This document shows positions 26,444 through 29,332 of a stretch of 29,332 nt of DNA, one piece after another. Both the position numbers and the translations under genes were made by a program. Source of the DNA: Chloroflexota bacterium (GTDB lineage Bacteria; Chloroflexota; Limnocylindria; Limnocylindrales; CSP1-4); assembly GCA_017882025.1 (NCBI GenBank), contig JADGQG010000001.1, positions 1 through 29,332 on the forward strand, in the 5' to 3' direction. Each line of letters starts with the position of its first letter. Position 1 is the first letter of the stretch. A model generated the notes under the pieces. That model ran no database searches, was not told the origin of the DNA, and was given only the letters and a program-made list of their open reading frames with translations.

Positions 26444-26563
26444 CGCACGATCGCAATGACGCGGTGACACGAGACGCGTCCACGCGTCAAGATCAGTCCA
26501 TCGGATCCCGTGCTGGGTCGTACGCCCGGTGCACGGATCCGACGCGCGGTGTGCGATCGTGCG
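26444..26563. other. Candidate multibranch stem-loop element (ncRNA or cis-element), strand unknown
   Basis: A 12-bp perfect closing stem (26444-26455 with 26552-26563) encloses two hairpins. Confidence 0.4.
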
Positions 26564-26674
26564 CGCATTCAGGCTCACCGGCTGAAGGCACGACGTCAAT
26601 CAGGACCCCGATCAACCTGGCGAGCCTTCGCACCCGGCAATGACAGACTGCATGCTCACGGAGGGAGTTCGTTC

Positions 26675-27646
26675 GTGGCGCACGTCGACATGCCACTCGC
26701 CGAGATGCGGTCCTACCGCCCGGAGCTCGCCGTCCCGGTAGACCTGGACGGGTTCTGGTCGGCCACGCTCGCCGAGGCGCGCGCCCACGACCTCGGCGCC
26801 GCGTTCCGGCCCGTCGACAGCGGGCTTACTGTGCTCGACACGTATGACGTCACGTATGCGGGGTTCGGCGGGTCGCCGGTTCGGGCCTGGCTGCACGTGC
26901 CCGCGGGGACCCGCGGTCCACTGCCCACCGTGGTCGAGTACGTCGGCTACGGGGGCGGCAGGGGCCTGGCTCACGAGCGGATTCTCTGGGCAGCCGCGGG
27001 CTACGCCCATTTCGTCATGGACACGCGCGGCCAGGGATCGAGCTGGGCCGTGGGGGATACCCCCGACCCTGACGCGTCTGGCGCCCCGTCCCACCCCGGG
27101 TTCATGACCCAGGGGATCCTGGATCCGCGGACGTACTACTACCGGCGGATCTATACGGACGCCGTGCGCGGGATCGAGGCAGCCCGCGCCCACCCGGTGG
27201 TGGATGCGACGCGCGTGGCGGTCACGGGCGGCAGCCAGGGAGGTGGGATCAGCCTTGCCGTGGCGGGTCTCGTGGAGGACCTCTCGGCGGTCGCGCCCGA
27301 CGTGCCCTTCCTGTGCGACTTCCCCCGCGCGACCACGCTCGTCGACACCGACCCGTACGCGGAGATCGCCCGGTACCTCAAGGCTCACCGCGACCACGTC
27401 GAGCAGGTCTACGAGACGTTGTCCTACTTCGACGCCGCGATCCTCGGTCGCCGGGCGACCGCGCCGGCGCTCTTCTCCGTCGGCCTCATGGACCAGGTCT
27501 GCCCGCCATCGACGGTCTACGCGGCGTTCAACCACTACGCCGGGCCCGCGGAGATCCGCGAGTATCCGTTCAACGATCACGAAGGCGGAGAGGGTTTCCA
27601 CGACCTCGTGAAGATGCGCTGGCTCGGCGAGCGCCTCCGCCGCTGA
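26675..27646 (+). CDS. Acetylxylan esterase / cephalosporin-C deacetylase (CE7)
   Basis: DTRGQG, nucleophile motif GGSQGGG, GLMDQVCPPSTVYAAFN, DHEGG. GGAGGGAG RBS before GTG 26675. Confidence 0.94.
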   Translation: MAHVDMPLAEMRSYRPELAVPVDLDGFWSATLAEARAHDLGAAFRPVDSGLTVLDTYDVTYAGFGGSPVRAWLHVPAGTRGPLPTVVEYVGYGGGRGLAHERILWAAAGYAHFVMDTRGQGSSWAVGDTPDPDASGAPSHPGFMTQGILDPRTYYYRRIYTDAVRGIEAARAHPVVDATRVAVTGGSQGGGISLAVAGLVEDLSAVAPDVPFLCDFPRATTLVDTDPYAEIARYLKAHRDHVEQVYETLSYFDAAILGRRATAPALFSVGLMDQVCPPSTVYAAFNHYAGPAEIREYPFNDHEGGEGFHDLVKMRWLGERLRR

Positions 27647-27794
27647 CAGGCACTCGGCCGCTGCACTGACGCGGCCCCGGTAGCGGGCTCCGACGCGGCC
27701 GCGCACGGCCCGCACGAATATCGTGCCAGCCGATCGCCAGGACCCCCGCGGAGCGAGGAAGACCCGGCCGCCGCACGGAACCGTCGGTCGTGCG

Positions 27795-27814
27795 ATAGTT
27801 GCGGATGCAATTAT
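27795..27814. promoter_or_regulatory. AT-rich palindromic operator-like site ATAGTTGC-N4-GCAATTAT
   Basis: 8-nt arms match 7/8; the site is 40 nt upstream of ATG 27854. Confidence 0.55.
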
Positions 27815-27853
27815 GTGCAGCTGCCGACCGACGCGCTCGCTGAGGACCCCCGC

Positions 27854-28231
27854 ATGAACGACGCGATCCGCGCCGCCCTGGCCCGGGGCGGGATCATCGA
27901 CCTCACCACCACCGGCCGAAAGAGCGGCGAACCGCGCCGGATCGAGATCGTCTTCCACGCGATCGATGGCCGTATCGTGATCAGCGGGATGCCCCGCGGG
28001 GAGAAGCGCGCCTGGCTGGCCAACGTCGAGGCCGACCCGCGGGTGACGATCCACCTGAAGCAGGACGTGGTCGCCGATCTCTCCGGGGCGGCGCGGGTCA
28101 TCGCCGACGACGAGGAGCGTCATGCGCTCCTGGCCCACGTGGCTCGGGCCTGGGGCCGCGACGACCTCGAGGTGATGGTCCGCGACAGCCCGCTCATCGA
28201 GGTCGTGCTGGACGACCCGGCGACGGCCTGA
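27854..28231 (+). CDS. Nitroreductase-family deazaflavin (F420)-dependent oxidoreductase-like protein (split barrel)
   Basis: LTTTGRKSGEPRRIEI and WLANVEADPRVTI. GAGGA RBS before ATG 27854. Confidence 0.85.
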   Translation: MNDAIRAALARGGIIDLTTTGRKSGEPRRIEIVFHAIDGRIVISGMPRGEKRAWLANVEADPRVTIHLKQDVVADLSGAARVIADDEERHALLAHVARAWGRDDLEVMVRDSPLIEVVLDDPATA

Positions 28232-28297
28232 TCGTCGCACCCGACCGGACCATCGGGCCATACCGCGGCCGAGCTACGCGCGTATACGGTCCGGGGC

Positions 28298-28960
28298 ATG
28301 TCGATGCGCACCCGGTTGCAGGGTCCGTTGCGGATGGTCTTTCAGGCCGCACCGCACGCGGCGGACGCCGAGTGCCCCACGCTGGAAGCGCCGCCGGTCC
28401 CCATCGTGGAGCTGACCGTCTACGCGGGTGACTCCGTGGCCTTCGGCCGCGTGGCGCTCACCGCGGACCGGGTGACCGACCTCATGAACGACTGCACCGA
28501 GTTCGAGTTCGTCGATACGTTCCTGCAGAGCCTCGACGACAGCCACGGGCTGCTGGTCAGGACGGTCGTGGTGGCGCGAAACGAGATCTTCGCCGTGGCG
28601 GTCGCCGGTCCGCGTGGCAATCCGACGCGCCGGATCCGGACTCGCCCGGTCCCCGTCGAGCTTCAGCTTGGACGCTACGACGTCAGCGGGAACATCCACG
28701 TGGTGCCCGGCACCGACCCGATCATCGGCTTCCGTCGTCGACGGGTCATGGTTCCGCTCACGGAGGCGACGATCGAGTTCGACTCGCCGGACGGACGGAA
28801 GCTCTCCCGGTTTGGGACCCTCCTCGTGAACCGGGATCTCACTGACTGGATCGCACCCGCATCGCGGTCGGACGTCCGGCCGCCCGAGGTGGTCCCGGAG
28901 CTCGAAGGGCGCGGCCTCGCCAAGGATTTCACCCCGCAGATGCTGGGTCACGAGGCGTAA
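28298..28960 (+). CDS. Hypothetical protein with two similar beta-rich halves (possibly DUF6812-like)
   Basis: GC3-biased codons; TACGGT lies 7 nt upstream of the ATG; internal similarity between halves. Confidence 0.75.
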   Translation: MSMRTRLQGPLRMVFQAAPHAADAECPTLEAPPVPIVELTVYAGDSVAFGRVALTADRVTDLMNDCTEFEFVDTFLQSLDDSHGLLVRTVVVARNEIFAVAVAGPRGNPTRRIRTRPVPVELQLGRYDVSGNIHVVPGTDPIIGFRRRRVMVPLTEATIEFDSPDGRKLSRFGTLLVNRDLTDWIAPASRSDVRPPEVVPELEGRGLAKDFTPQMLGHEA

Positions 28961-29011
28961 GTCGGGTCGGCCGCGCGGTTGGCCCGCCTCCCGCCTCCCG
29001 ACCGCTGCCGG

Positions 29012-29332
29012 CTATTCGGCCGGCACCCCGCCCAGCCCGATCGGGCATGCCACGCCCGTTCCGTGGTCCGGGCAGTATCCGTTCGGGTTCTTATCCAGGT
29101 ACTGCTGGTGGTAGTCCTCGGCGAAGAAGAACGGCCCGGCGGGCGCGATCTCGGTCGTGATCCGGCCAAACCCCGCCGCGGCAAGGCGCTCCTGGTACGC
29201 GTCCCGCGATGCTTCGGCGAGCACCAGCTCGTCGGCGTCGGCGACGTAGATGGCGGATCGGTACTGGGTGCCCGTGTCGTTGCCCTGGCGCATTCCCTGC
29301 GTCGGGTCGTGCGCCTCCCAGAACGCGCGCAG
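29012..29332 (-). CDS. msrA: Peptide-methionine (S)-S-oxide reductase (5' part outside window)
   Basis: [46 protein letters not shown]. Confidence 0.96.
   Translation of the reverse strand: MRAFWEAHDPTQGMRQGNDTGTQYRSAIYVADADELVLAEASRDAYQERLAAAGFGRITTEIAPAGPFFFAEDYHQQYLDKNPNGYCPDHGTGVACPIGLGGVPAE

Noticed and set aside
26570-26630. TPP riboswitch (CTGA...ACCC...ACCTG-like words)
   Set aside because: CTGAAG rather than CTGAGA, no ACCTGAT, no P5 hairpin, and the downstream gene is unrelated to thiamine.
28274-28951. Minus-strand 225-aa ORF
   Set aside because: Shadow of 28298..28960, which has the GC3 bias, a -10 box and an internal repeat.
1-29332. tRNA, rRNA, SRP/tmRNA, transposase, integrase or prophage genes
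   Set aside because: No TpsiC/D-arm patterns, rRNA-like segments or mobile-element protein motifs found by eye, and base composition looks uniform.

Overview
Very GC-rich (roughly 70-75% by eye) bacterial chromosomal segment. Gene content and promoter style suggest Chloroflexota (Limnocylindria-like) or an actinomycete; this is inference only. It holds about 26 protein-coding genes and two decayed genes. I saw no rRNA, tRNA, CRISPR array or mobile element. Left to right: partial class III nucleotide cyclase-NB-ARC gene (missed by the ORF track because it runs off the edge); SatD-like HTH plus LysE operon; soluble cNMP-binding histidine kinase with a receiver/glutaredoxin-like/thioredoxin-reductase-like fusion partner; GNAT; CocE-like remnant and frameshifted DinB; ICMT-family methyltransferase; Sua5; MFS; LLM oxidoreductase; P-type ATPase with PQGL; ABC-2 exporter; DsbA-like protein; degenerate GGDEF protein; PPi-type PFK; RhlE-like helicase; PPK2; membrane proteins; flavodoxin-like protein; HhH-GPD protein; HipA-like kinase plus DUF3037; CE7 esterase; deazaflavin nitroreductase-family protein; tandem-domain hypothetical; partial msrA. 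The best candidates for uncharacterised systems are (1) the cyclic-nucleotide-sensing two-component module with a Cys-less redox-enzyme output, next to a cyclase, and (2) the HipA-like kinase/DUF3037 pair with an adjacent multibranch structured element. Many genes appear leaderless. All family assignments come from motif recognition, not database searches.
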